Shown here piece by piece: positions 1 to 8,730 of a stretch of 64,000 nt of DNA (positions are counted from its first letter, which is position 1; each line of letters begins with the position of its first letter). A program made the translations under genes and the position numbers. The DNA comes from Bacteroidales bacterium (lineage in GTDB: Bacteria; Bacteroidota; Bacteroidia; Bacteroidales; P3), in the NCBI GenBank assembly GCA_017477025.1, contig JAFUYA010000049.1, positions 24,051 through 88,050 on the forward strand, given 5' to 3'. The notes beneath the pieces were generated by a model. That model did not search any database, was not told the DNA's origin, and was given only the letters and a program-made list of their open reading frames with translations.

Positions 1-1437
1 AAGGCAAAGAATCTCTTTTTTCTCCTCATCTACTGCACATATACCACCTTTGTTTTCAATAAGTTCATTAATTGCTTTAACAATCATGGAATCCGACGTT
101 CCTATGGCTATAATATTGTGAGAGTCGTGGGCGATGGTTGAGGCTAATGCTCCTTTTTTCAATTCAAAACCTTTAATGAATCCGACAGAAGCTTTGCTTT
201 GGTTATAGCGGTTATATACTACTATCTTCAATATATCATTCTCAATATCCGACACAATGTTATTGTTTTTGATATTGGCTTTACAGATTATACTTTCGGT
301 GAAAAGTTGTTTATCTTTTGCTTTAATTACTTTAATTGCAGATGATTGTGCTGTACATTTAATATCTTCCTCCTTGATTTTTATTGCATGAAAATTGTTC
401 GGAAAGTTTTTCTCTGTATTATCTAAATCATTGTAATCAAGTGTATTATCCGTAGAATTATATACACATTCCCCGTTTATGAAAGTAAGAATAACATTCA
501 TGTCTTGCAGGTTATCAACAACAATCATGTCTGCTGAATCGTTAATTCGCAGCAATCCAATGGGGAGATTATAATGTAAAACAGGGTTTAATGAACTTGC
601 TTGCAGAATGTTCCATAAGGATAAGCCCTTTTTAACAGAGCGTTTGACAAGTATATCTATATAGCCGTTGAGCAATTCATCGGGATGAATGTCATCGGCA
701 CAAAGCATTACATCTTCGGGAAATTTATCAATAAGCGGATACAATGTTTCGAAATTTTTTGCGGCACTGCCCTCTCTGATAATAATCTTCATTCCCGCAT
801 TTATTTTTTCTTCCGCTTCTTGTAAAGTGCTGCATTCATGGTCAGTAGATATTCCGGCTTTTGCGTATTTTATCAAATCCTTTCCGCTAAGCATCGGGGC
901 ATGTCCGTCAATCGGTTTTCCGACTTCTTTGGCCGCAAGGATTTTGGCCATGACTTCTTCATCACTATTCAATACCCCAGGAAAATTCATCATTTCTGCT
1001 AATCCCACTACTTCATTTTCAGATAGTAATTTTCTGACTTCATTGCTGTTAAGAGAAAATCCCGATGTTTCAAACGGAGTCGCCGGCACGCAACTCGGGG
1101 CTGTGAAAGCAAAATGGAAATTACGTTTCCTACTGTCTTCTATCATGTAGTCAATCCCCTGCATCCCGCATACATTTGCTATTTCATGGGGATCACACAC
1201 ACAACCTATAACTCCGTGGCGAATGGCTACATCCGCATAGTGTGACGGCAGTAGCATGGAACTTTCGATATGGACGTGGGAGTCAATGAATCCGGGCATA
1301 ATATAAGGAGCGTTATTTTCCAAATCCGTTATAGGAACTATACTTGCTATTTTTCCGTTCTTGATATGTAGTTCTCCATTTGTAATTTGCTTATTTACAA
1401 CGTCTAATATATGGCCTCTCAGAATTTTTTCTCCCAT
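1..1437 (-). CDS. ade: adenine deaminase (C-terminus runs off the window start)
   Basis: The minus-strand frame is open from the ATG at 1437-1435 to position 1 (479 codons, no stop, so it is absent from the ORF track). My translation starts MGEKILRGHILDVV. It contains MPGFIDSHVHIESSML and CDPHEIANV, the metal-binding HxH and DPHE blocks typical of Ade amidohydrolases. Confidence 0.8.
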   Translation of the reverse strand, partial: MGEKILRGHILDVVNKQITNGELHIKNGKIASIVPITDLENNAPYIMPGFIDSHVHIESSMLLPSHYADVAIRHGVIGCVCDPHEIANVCGMQGIDYMIEDSRKRNFHFAFTAPSCVPATPFETSGFSLNSNEVRKLLSENEVVGLAEMMNFPGVLNSDEEVMAKILAAKEVGKPIDGHAPMLSGKDLIKYAKAGISTDHECSTLQEAEEKINAGMKIIIREGSAAKNFETLYPLIDKFPEDVMLCADDIHPDELLNGYIDILVKRSVKKGLSLWNILQASSLNPVLHYNLPIGLLRINDSADMIVVDNLQDMNVILTFINGECVYNSTDNTLDYNDLDNTEKNFPNNFHAIKIKEEDIKCTAQSSAIKVIKAKDKQLFTESIICKANIKNNNIVSDIENDILKIVVYNRYNQSKASVGFIKGFELKKGALASTIAHDSHNIIAIGTSDSMIVKAINELIENKGGICAVDEEKKEILCL

Positions 1438-1504
1438 TGACGTACCAAAGTTAATGTTTTACGGTATATAATTGAAATCTAATAAGATATATAGTTATAT
1501 GTTT

Positions 1505-2359
1505 TTATAAGAATGCAGCATTCATTCCTGATTTTTTCAAAGGTATGCATATAACGGGTACTTTGGCAAATCTGACTACATCCTGTGCCCTCGGGTCTGC
1601 CGCAAAATCCGTAGTAATGTCTCTTCCCATGACCATGCACAAATCAACATCATTTTTCTCATCATTCATATACCGTATGACCTCATCTGCAAAATCCTTA
1701 CTTTGAGCAAGGGTCGGCATTCTTACTATTTTACACTCTACCCCTTTTTGCAAGATGAAGTTTTCCGTTGCAGATGCAGTATATTCCAGACGTCTGCGTT
1801 GATCCGTTTCTATACCGTCCCAAGAACCTATTAAAATGGTAATCTTGGCTCCGTATTCTTTTGCCCATTTAATTGCATTAGGGACTTTTTGTCTTGAAGA
1901 CAGATTCAACTCCAGCGGGAGAAGAATGTTTTTTATAGGTTTGGGTTCGATGTTTACCGCAACGGTCATCAAAGAAATCTCTGACGTGCGGATAAGTTTA
2001 TGGGTATTTGCTCCGATAGTGTTGAGTCCTGTGTTGGATGTGCCGACAACTAATAAGTCTATTGCGTTGTACTGAATGAATTTGTTGATTTCATCCGCTA
2101 TACGTCCTTTGCTGATATACGGAGTAACATCCAATCCGTAAAGAGTTTTAATGTTTTTCTTAAGTTCTGCAAAATGGAGAATCTGTATATCTTCCTGCAC
2201 CTCCTGTTGTCCCAAAAGTTTTCCGAAAAAACCGATTTCTTCACTGACATGCAATAAAGAATAGTTTGTGTCGGAGTCTTTGAACATGTATTTGCAAAAT
2301 TTAAGACAGGCATTCAGACTTAAATCGTTAAAATCTGTTGTTATCAGGATTTTTCGCAT
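1505..2359 (-). CDS. universal stress protein family protein (tandem Usp domains)
   Basis: 284 aa. It has two Usp-like halves, each opening with a hydrophobic beta-strand (MRKILITTDF; IKNILLPLEL), plus G-x-x-G-type loops (VVGTSNTG; VMGRD). The length fits a tandem UspA protein. Confidence 0.6.
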   Translation of the reverse strand: MRKILITTDFNDLSLNACLKFCKYMFKDSDTNYSLLHVSEEIGFFGKLLGQQEVQEDIQILHFAELKKNIKTLYGLDVTPYISKGRIADEINKFIQYNAIDLLVVGTSNTGLNTIGANTHKLIRTSEISLMTVAVNIEPKPIKNILLPLELNLSSRQKVPNAIKWAKEYGAKITILIGSWDGIETDQRRRLEYTASATENFILQKGVECKIVRMPTLAQSKDFADEVIRYMNDEKNDVDLCMVMGRDITTDFAADPRAQDVVRFAKVPVICIPLKKSGMNAAFL

Positions 2360-2404
2360 GGTTGTTGTTTATTTTTTACCTTTTATTATTAATCTTTTCG
2401 GGTG

Positions 2405-2412
2405 CAAAGATA
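2405..2412 (-). promoter_or_regulatory. Bacteroidota -7 promoter box (TAtcTTTG on minus strand) for the usp gene
   Basis: The plus strand reads caaagata, so the minus strand reads tatctttg. It lies 46 nt upstream of the ATG at 2359. Confidence 0.4.
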
Positions 2413-2472
2413 TGCAATTATTTGTACTTTTTTGAGTAAAATGGGTTTTTGTGCAAAAAATCACAAACATTC

Positions 2473-2487
2473 TTGTCAATTTGACAA
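2473..2487. promoter_or_regulatory. perfect 7-1-7 palindrome TTGTCAA-T-TTGACAA (candidate operator)
   Basis: Read directly from the sequence. It sits in the divergent usp/obg intergenic region. Confidence 0.3.
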
Positions 2488-2569
2488 CGTCTTATGTTTT
2501 TTTTGTTGAAAATATTTCTGCTTTTACTTATTTTGGTTTCATATTACTTATCTAACAAGGAATTTTTCG

Positions 2570-2577
2570 TAATTTTG
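2570..2577 (+). promoter_or_regulatory. -7 promoter box TAatTTTG for obg
   Basis: taattttg lies 18 nt upstream of the obg ATG and matches the TAnnTTTG consensus of Bacteroides-type promoters. Confidence 0.5.
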
Positions 2578-2594
2578 CAAAAACTTTACAGGCA

Positions 2595-3590
2595 ATGACA
2601 AGCAATTTTGTTGATTACGTAAAAATATTTTGCCGTTCGGGTAAGGGCGGTAAGGGATGTATGCATTTGCTTCACGCTGCTAAAGAGTTCAAAGGCGGAC
2701 CTGACGGCGGCGATGGGGGAAGAGGCGGTCATATTATCCTGAAAGGCAACGCTCAATTATGGACTTTGCTACACTTGAAATACACAAAACATATTTTTGC
2801 ACAGGACGGAGAGGCAGGGGGACAGAACTTGCGGCACGGAGCAAACGGAGATGACCGTATAATAGAAGTGCCGTTGGGCTGTGTTGTCAAAGATGCCGAA
2901 ACTGGTGAGCAATTGTGTGAGATAACAGAAGACGGAGAACAGAAGATATTGTTTTCAGGCGGGAGAGGCGGCAAAGGAAATGATTTTTTCAAATCTTCTA
3001 CTAACCGGATTCCCCGTTTTGCACAACCGGGAGAGGAAGGAACGGAAAAATGGGTGATAATAGAATTAAAAATTCTTGCAGATGTAGGATTAGTAGGCTT
3101 TCCTAATGCAGGAAAATCAACATTGCTTTCCGTAGTCAGTGCCGCCAAACCGGAGATTGCAAACTATCCTTTCACAACTCTTGTGCCTAATTTGGGAATC
3201 GTTAAATATCGTGATGACAAATCATTCGTTATGGCAGATATTCCCGGAATTATTGAAGGAGCAAGTGAGGGTAGAGGTTTGGGATTACGATTTTTGCGTC
3301 ATATTGAACGAAACAGTATTTTGTTGTTTATGATTCCTTGCGACACGGAGCGGGATATTAATGAAGAATACAATATTCTTTTAAACGAACTGCATACTTA
3401 CAATCCCGAATTATTACACAAGGACCGTATTCTTGCAATTACCAAATGCGATATGATGGACGAAGAGATGATTAATGAGATGAAAAAAAATATTTGTGTA
3501 GATTGCGAAGTTTATTTTATATCTTCCGTTGCTCAACAAGGAATAACCGAGTTGAAAGACGCAATATACAAAAAGATTATCGCACAATAA
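2595..3590 (+). CDS. obg: GTPase Obg/CgtA
   Basis: The N-terminal glycine-rich Obg fold is present (GKGGKGC...[22 protein letters not shown]). It is followed by G1 [19 protein letters not shown] and TKCD GTPase motifs. Confidence 0.95.
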   Translation: MTSNFVDYVKIFCRSGKGGKGCMHLLHAAKEFKGGPDGGDGGRGGHIILKGNAQLWTLLHLKYTKHIFAQDGEAGGQNLRHGANGDDRIIEVPLGCVVKDAETGEQLCEITEDGEQKILFSGGRGGKGNDFFKSSTNRIPRFAQPGEEGTEKWVIIELKILADVGLVGFPNAGKSTLLSVVSAAKPEIANYPFTTLVPNLGIVKYRDDKSFVMADIPGIIEGASEGRGLGLRFLRHIERNSILLFMIPCDTERDINEEYNILLNELHTYNPELLHKDRILAITKCDMMDEEMINEMKKNICVDCEVYFISSVAQQGITELKDAIYKKIIAQ

Positions 3591-3617
3591 ACATACGTAA
3601 AGCAACATAATAGAACA

Positions 3618-3655
3618 AGACGGCAAGTAAAGAAATATTACCTGCCGTCTTTTGT
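3618..3655 (+). terminator. intrinsic terminator after obg
   Basis: Stem agacggca (3618-3625) pairs with tgccgtct (3643-3650), followed by a T run. Confidence 0.7.
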
Positions 3656-3866
3656 TCAGAGTTACTTACTCTTACTTATTTAACAATTAATGTTTTTTGT
3701 TACACCACCGCATTTAACACAATAAACATACAAGGCAAGTTTATAATATCTTTTAATAATAAATTTGTAATGATGTAAATTTTCAAATTATACATACATT
3801 AAATAAAATTTTATTTGTATTTTTGCAAGTGCAATAGTGCAAATAAACGAGCAATAACTATTATTT

Positions 3867-4028
3867 CGTATTCAAAATAAACCTAGGAAATTTATTTTTG
3901 ATAATTGAAATAAAATGTTCAGATAAAACCTGGATTTTTATATCCATTATGATTTTAATGTTTATCACCCTCGGTGTTAAACTTTCTATAATGGATACGG
4001 TATTTCTCCTAGGTTTTACCTGAATACG
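3867..4028. repeat. imperfect inverted repeats flanking a 110-bp segment upstream of the methyltransferase operon
   Basis: IR-L is cgtattcaaaataaacctaggaaat (3867-3891). IR-R is atttctcctaggttttacctgaatacg (4002-4028). The shared blocks are cgtattca and aaacctagga. The enclosed segment begins with a TAttTTTG box (3893-3900) and contains a nested 10-bp IR, tatccattat/ataatggata. Confidence 0.4.
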
Positions 4029-4104
4029 AGTAGAAGAGTTAAACACCTTATTTATTTCTGTATTATCAGTAACGATTGATAGTTTTTGCAAAAATTATCA
4101 ATCT

Positions 4105-5097
4105 ATGTCTGATAATAAAAATTTGAGAAATGCCAACAGAGCAAAGAAAGATGAATTCTACACTCAATTAGAAGATATTGAAAAAGAATTAAGGCATTAT
4201 AAACAACATTTCAAAGGAAAGACTGTTTTGTGTAATTGTGATGACCCACGGGTAAGCAATTTCTTTACCTATTTTTCACATCATTTTGAATCGTTAGGAT
4301 TGAAAAAACTTATAACTTCCTGTTATAAGAACCAAGATATAGATTTGTTTTCGCAAAATTCATCAGATAAAGCCGTATATTTGGAATATACTGGCGACAA
4401 AAACGGAAACAAAATACCCGACAGAGAAGAAATAGAAGTAAAACCTTTGCATGATAACGGAGATTTCCGCTCCAATGAATGCAAAGAACTATTGAAGCAA
4501 GCGGATATAGTAGTTACCAATCCGCCGTTTAGTTTATTCAGAGAGTATTTGCAACAAATCATTGATTTTGATAAGAAGTTTTTAATAATCGGCAATTTGA
4601 ATGCAGTATCTTATAAAGAATGTTTTAAATTAATTAAAGACAATAAAATGTGGTTGGGTGCGAGTATTCACAGCGGTGACAGAAAATTCGGCGTTCCTGA
4701 TGATTATCCATTAAATGCTGCAACCTGCGGAATAGATGATAAAGGACAGAGATTTATAAGAGTTAAGGGCGTCCGTTGGTTTACTAATATGGACTACAAA
4801 GAGCGTCATGAAGACTTACCTTTATATAAGAAATATTCAGAAACAGACTATCCTAAATTTGATTATTACAATGCTATAAACATTGATGCAACGGCGGATA
4901 TACCTTGTGACTATGATGGCTTAATGGGTGTTCCTATTTCATTTCTTGATAGATATAATCCTGAGCAATTTGAAATCGTTGATGGCATAGGACGTTACAG
5001 TATGCTCACAGGACCGACGGAAGAAACAAAGGGTAAATATCTTACAAAGGTAAATGATAAGCCTAAATTTGCGCGAATAATTATTAGAAGAAAGTGA
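4105..5097 (+). CDS. N6-adenine DNA methyltransferase, EcoRI-methylase family
   Basis: DEFYTQ near the N-terminus, then CNCDDPRVSNFF, the catalytic motif IV VVTNPPFSLFREY, KKFLIIGN and GVPISFLDRYNPEQFEI. As I recall the sequence, these are collinear with M.EcoRI. Confidence 0.85.
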   Translation: MSDNKNLRNANRAKKDEFYTQLEDIEKELRHYKQHFKGKTVLCNCDDPRVSNFFTYFSHHFESLGLKKLITSCYKNQDIDLFSQNSSDKAVYLEYTGDKNGNKIPDREEIEVKPLHDNGDFRSNECKELLKQADIVVTNPPFSLFREYLQQIIDFDKKFLIIGNLNAVSYKECFKLIKDNKMWLGASIHSGDRKFGVPDDYPLNAATCGIDDKGQRFIRVKGVRWFTNMDYKERHEDLPLYKKYSETDYPKFDYYNAINIDATADIPCDYDGLMGVPISFLDRYNPEQFEIVDGIGRYSMLTGPTEETKGKYLTKVNDKPKFARIIIRRK

Positions 5098-5103
5098 AAT
5101 AAT

Positions 5104-6210
5104 ATGGAAGTAAAATTGCACGAAATAACCGTAAGACAATTAGTTGAGGGTTATGAAAACAGAGAAGATGAGGGCGTTGTTGGTTTCGGCGGGAAATTAG
5201 ACATACGTCCGCCTTATCAAAGGGAATTTATCTATTCCGCAGACAAACAAAAAGCCGTTATTGACACAATATTCAAGAATTTTCCGCTGAATATAATGTA
5301 TTGGGTCAAAAGAGATGATGGTACATTTGAAGTTATGGACGGGCAACAGCGGACTATGAGTATTTGTGAGTATTATTGTTGCAATTTTTCAATAGAAAAG
5401 GACGGCTATTTGAAAGGTTACGACAACCTTACCGACAAAGAGCAGGAGGATTTTCTCAATTATAAACTTATGGTTTATTTTTGTGAGGGCAATGATTATG
5501 AAAAATTGCAGTGGTTTAAGACAATAAACATTGCAGGCGAGGATTTGTCCGACCAAGAAATGAGAAACGCAGTGTATAACGGCTCATGGGTGAATAATGC
5601 AAAGGTTTGGTTCAGCAAAAAAGTGGCAGGATGTCCAGCATACCAGGTAGGAAGCCCGTATATTGCCTCTTCGGTGAAAATAAACCGCCAAGGGCTTTTG
5701 GAACTTGCGATAAAATGGATAAGCAAGGGCAACATCAATGAATATATGAAACAACATCAACATGACAAAGACGCAACGGAACTTTGGAATTATTACAAAA
5801 GCGTCATTGAGTGGGCGGAAAACCTGTTCGGAAAGCCGAGAAAAGAAATGAAAGGCTTACCTTGGGGAGAGTATTACAATGAATACAAAGACCAAGAGTT
5901 TAATCCTGAGGCTATTCGGCAAAGAGTTGATTTCCTAATGCAAGACGAGGAGATAGAAAACAAAAAAGGTATTTATCTTTATGTACTTGACGGAAAAGAA
6001 AAGCATTTAAATCTGCGTCAATTCCCTGAAAACATCAGAAGAACGGTATATGAAAAACAGGAAGGCAAATGTTTTGTCTGCAAAAAGGAATTTGAGTTTG
6101 AAGAAATGGAGGGCGATCATTGGAAATCGTGGCATAAGGGAGGAAAAACGGAAATAGATAATTGCAGGATGCTTTGTCGTGACTGTAATAGGGAGAAATC
6201 GGGAAAATAA
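5104..6210 (+). CDS. DUF262 (ParB/GmrS-like) domain protein with C-terminal HNH endonuclease finger
   Basis: The N-terminus carries PPYQREFIY and the hallmark VMDGQQRTMSI of DUF262. The C-terminus reads CFVCKK...EGDHWKSWHKGG...NCRMLCRDCNREK (CxxC...DH...N...CxxC, an HNH finger). It starts 6 nt after the methyltransferase stop. Confidence 0.85.
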   Translation: MEVKLHEITVRQLVEGYENREDEGVVGFGGKLDIRPPYQREFIYSADKQKAVIDTIFKNFPLNIMYWVKRDDGTFEVMDGQQRTMSICEYYCCNFSIEKDGYLKGYDNLTDKEQEDFLNYKLMVYFCEGNDYEKLQWFKTINIAGEDLSDQEMRNAVYNGSWVNNAKVWFSKKVAGCPAYQVGSPYIASSVKINRQGLLELAIKWISKGNINEYMKQHQHDKDATELWNYYKSVIEWAENLFGKPRKEMKGLPWGEYYNEYKDQEFNPEAIRQRVDFLMQDEEIENKKGIYLYVLDGKEKHLNLRQFPENIRRTVYEKQEGKCFVCKKEFEFEEMEGDHWKSWHKGGKTEIDNCRMLCRDCNREKSGK

Positions 6211-6330
6211 ATTGAAGTATGTTTGATTGTTGCCTGTATTTATCAATGTGAAATATGGAATTATTGAGTGGTTATAGTGAATCAGACACCAATAACAGGA
6301 CCTTTTCGGAATGATTCTTTAAGAAAAACT

Positions 6331-6374
6331 CAATTCTTTTGCGATATTGCATTATTAATATCGCAAAAGAATTG
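6331..6374. terminator. 18-bp perfect hairpin between the convergent HNH gene and the hydrolase gene
   Basis: caattcttttgcgatatt (6331-6348) pairs with aatatcgcaaaagaattg (6357-6374), leaving an 8-nt loop. The T run is on the minus-strand side. Confidence 0.6.
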
Positions 6375-6387
6375 TGTGAAATGCGTA

Positions 6388-7221
6388 TTATTCGTAATTT
6401 TTACGGGCTTGCTCTATAAAATATATTACCTCGTCAGCCACTCTTTGGGGAACGTCAATTTCCATTAAGTGTTTTTCACCGTTAAGCATCACGTAATGGC
6501 AGCCTTTTACGATTTGCCAAACGTACATGTTGCTGTCGTAATGGTCTTGAAAGAAAGGATCTTCGCTGCCGAACAAAAAACCGACGGGAATATCGCAATT
6601 CTTCAAATCATTTTCGCATTCCTCCAAACTGTTCCACAATTTTTCGGGACTGCTTGCGTATTCCTTTATCGCCCAACTCTCCGCCATATCTTCTTTGTGC
6701 AGAGCATTCATTTCTTCCATCTTTTCAGGCAATCCTTTCTCAACATTACGAATAGCGGCAGCCATCATATCTTTTGGATTCTTCAAAAGGTCAAACCATT
6801 TATCGCTAACCTGTTTTTTAAGATGCGGAGCAAGGAAGAAACTTGCGAAATCAATCAACATATCTCTGTGATTGCGGAAAAGATACCAACCCGGAATTGT
6901 TCCGTGACACTTACCTGCGTAGTGAAATTTCTTAATTCCCATCTTTGTTGCGAAATCGTAAACATCTTTTCCCCATTGTTTTCCCCAATGTACCCTACCT
7001 TGTTCGTCTTTTTGGTCGGTAATGCCCGTAAATCTCATAACTATGCCGTAAACGTGGTATTTTTCCGCCAATTTTTCCAACACGGGTTTAAAAGTGTAGA
7101 AAAAGAATGCACCGCTTATCACGATTTCTTCATTTTTTTCGCCAAGCTCCAAATAAGTAAGCTCCGCTCCGTTGTCCAATACAAGACTTTTAGCCTCGCC
7201 TTTGATTTTGTAATCTTCCAT
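6388..7221 (-). CDS. alpha/beta-fold hydrolase
   Basis: 277 aa with a G-x-C/S-x-G-type nucleophile elbow (YAGKCHGTIPG) and the overall length and pattern of an alpha/beta hydrolase. Substrate unknown. Confidence 0.6.
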   Translation of the reverse strand: MEDYKIKGEAKSLVLDNGAELTYLELGEKNEEIVISGAFFFYTFKPVLEKLAEKYHVYGIVMRFTGITDQKDEQGRVHWGKQWGKDVYDFATKMGIKKFHYAGKCHGTIPGWYLFRNHRDMLIDFASFFLAPHLKKQVSDKWFDLLKNPKDMMAAAIRNVEKGLPEKMEEMNALHKEDMAESWAIKEYASSPEKLWNSLEECENDLKNCDIPVGFLFGSEDPFFQDHYDSNMYVWQIVKGCHYVMLNGEKHLMEIDVPQRVADEVIYFIEQARKNYE

Positions 7222-7470
7222 TGTTGTAATATTTTTTTTATTGTCAGTTGTCTGATTTTTCTGCCTGCAAAATTACATCAGTATTTTTAGGTAACGCTTA
7301 TCCGAAAATAATCAAAAATTATCTTTCAGTAAGAAAATCCATATTTCTCACGGATATAATGGCACTTATTATTATCTTTGCATCGTAAAAACAAAGAAAA
7401 AAGTATGTAATAAGCGGATAATGTATTTTAGTTTGTGGAAAATTTTTTTACAACGCTGAAATTTTAGTTG

Positions 7471-7505
7471 AAAAGACCGACTTATGCATATAAAAAGACG
7501 GACTT
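7471..7505 (+). promoter_or_regulatory. 13-nt direct repeat aaaagacCgactt / aaaagacGgactt with a 22-nt period upstream of the AraC gene
   Basis: Read directly: copies at 7471-7483 and 7493-7505, a 12/13 match. Confidence 0.3.
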
Positions 7506-7621
7506 TTCAGGTGTTAAATGCCCTTGTGAAAAAAAAATCTCCGCTTACGAAGAAAAAGTTTTCGGATATAATGATATTTATTCTTATCCTTGAATCGCAA
7601 AATAAAGAAAACAATAAAATA

Positions 7622-8506
7622 ATGAGTACAAATAATACGCAAATAAAGCATCTCGGTTTGGAAAATGTGGATTTAACGGAGATAAAAACACGGCATAAAG
7701 ATGTTTTCCTGTATGATGATATATTAATTGCAAAGAATATCTCCAAAGAAAGTTCTCAAACCGTTATAAAAGAGGGAGAAACGTATCGTACGGGCGAATA
7801 TCGTATTTTGAAAATCACAAACGGAGAAATCAATATTACGCTTAATCTTAATACTGTGGCTGCACACAGCGGAGATATATTATATATAGGTAAAGGAGTG
7901 TTGGTTCAGATGAATGCCGTCAGTAATGATACTCAGGCTGTCGGAATTTTATTCAGCGAAAAGCAAATAGCGGAGAATATTATTGAGAAAAATGTCGCCG
8001 TTGTCATTCATCCCGAAGAAAAATACGCAAGATATAACGACAAATTGTTTGATTTGCTTTGGCAAACCTCGCAATCAGAAGATTTTCGTATTAATACTAT
8101 TCTGTATTTGTTTAAAGCATACGTTTCGGATGTGTTTTTTATGATAGGACAACGGAATTTGCAGGAAGAAAAAGTAAAATTGTCGCATTCGGAAGACATT
8201 TTCAAACGTTTTCTTGTCTTAGCGGACCGTTACGGTGCTAAAGAACGAACAATAAGTTTCTATTCGGATAAGTTATTTATTTCGGAAAAACATTTGAGTT
8301 TTGTTGTCAAAAAAGAAAGCGGACAAACGGTGAAGCAATGGCTTAACAAACAAGCCGTATTAGAAGCAAAAATACTGTTGAAACATACGGATATGACAAT
8401 ATACCAAGTGTCCGACGAATTGAATTTCCCGAATCCTGCGTTTTTTACTAAATTCTTCAAACGCTTAACGGGAATGACGCCCAAAGAATTTCAGAAAAAA
8501 CAGTAG
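7622..8506 (+). CDS. AraC family transcriptional regulator
   Basis: The C-terminal double HTH is present (FYSDKLFISEKHLSFVVKKESGQTVKQWL...MTIYQVSDELNFPNPAFFTKFFKRLTGMTPKEF). I prefer Met47 of the tracked ORF (MSTNNTQ) as the start, giving 294 aa, a typical length for the family. Confidence 0.8.
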   Translation: MSTNNTQIKHLGLENVDLTEIKTRHKDVFLYDDILIAKNISKESSQTVIKEGETYRTGEYRILKITNGEINITLNLNTVAAHSGDILYIGKGVLVQMNAVSNDTQAVGILFSEKQIAENIIEKNVAVVIHPEEKYARYNDKLFDLLWQTSQSEDFRINTILYLFKAYVSDVFFMIGQRNLQEEKVKLSHSEDIFKRFLVLADRYGAKERTISFYSDKLFISEKHLSFVVKKESGQTVKQWLNKQAVLEAKILLKHTDMTIYQVSDELNFPNPAFFTKFFKRLTGMTPKEFQKKQ

Positions 8507-8730
8507 TTATTGAATAAAAAAAACATAAAAATGAGGGCATCATCACATTATAATAAGATATCGTCTTATAATTTAATTATATCTAATTTTACTGTAAATA
8601 ACTAATCACGAAAAGATATAATATCAAACAATCATTTTAGTTTTTGCAAAATACTTTTTCATAGAAAAAAATAGCACTGAATCAATTTTTTAATACCCTT
8701 GCATATTTTTATTTTAAAACATACGATATT

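Noticed and set aside
689-1150. 153-aa plus-strand ORF
   Set aside because: It lies entirely antisense to the adenine deaminase frame. The sequence is Ser/Phe/Ile-rich and low in complexity, with no recognisable motif. It is a typical shadow ORF.
3861-4091. 76-aa minus-strand ORF spanning the IR-bounded segment
   Set aside because: It sits in a very AT-rich leader, has no promoter box or recognisable domain, and is Ile/Asn/Lys-rich as expected from the composition. I treat the region as regulatory DNA.
4153-4158. GAATTC avoidance as a clue to the methyltransferase's specificity
   Set aside because: GAATTC occurs inside the methylase gene itself and at several other places I noticed (for example near 9476, 9580, 9727 and 18970). 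I cannot count reliably by eye, so I make no claim about avoidance or specificity.
6469-7290. 273-aa plus-strand ORF
   Set aside because: It is antisense to the alpha/beta hydrolase gene, which has a sensible start, a nucleophile elbow and a terminator. The antisense product has no motifs and a skewed F/I/V/H composition.
7484-7621. N-terminal extension of the AraC ORF (start at 7484)
   Set aside because: The extension is basic and hydrophobic junk-like sequence. It overlaps the 22-nt phased direct repeats. From Met47 the protein has the standard ~294-aa family length.
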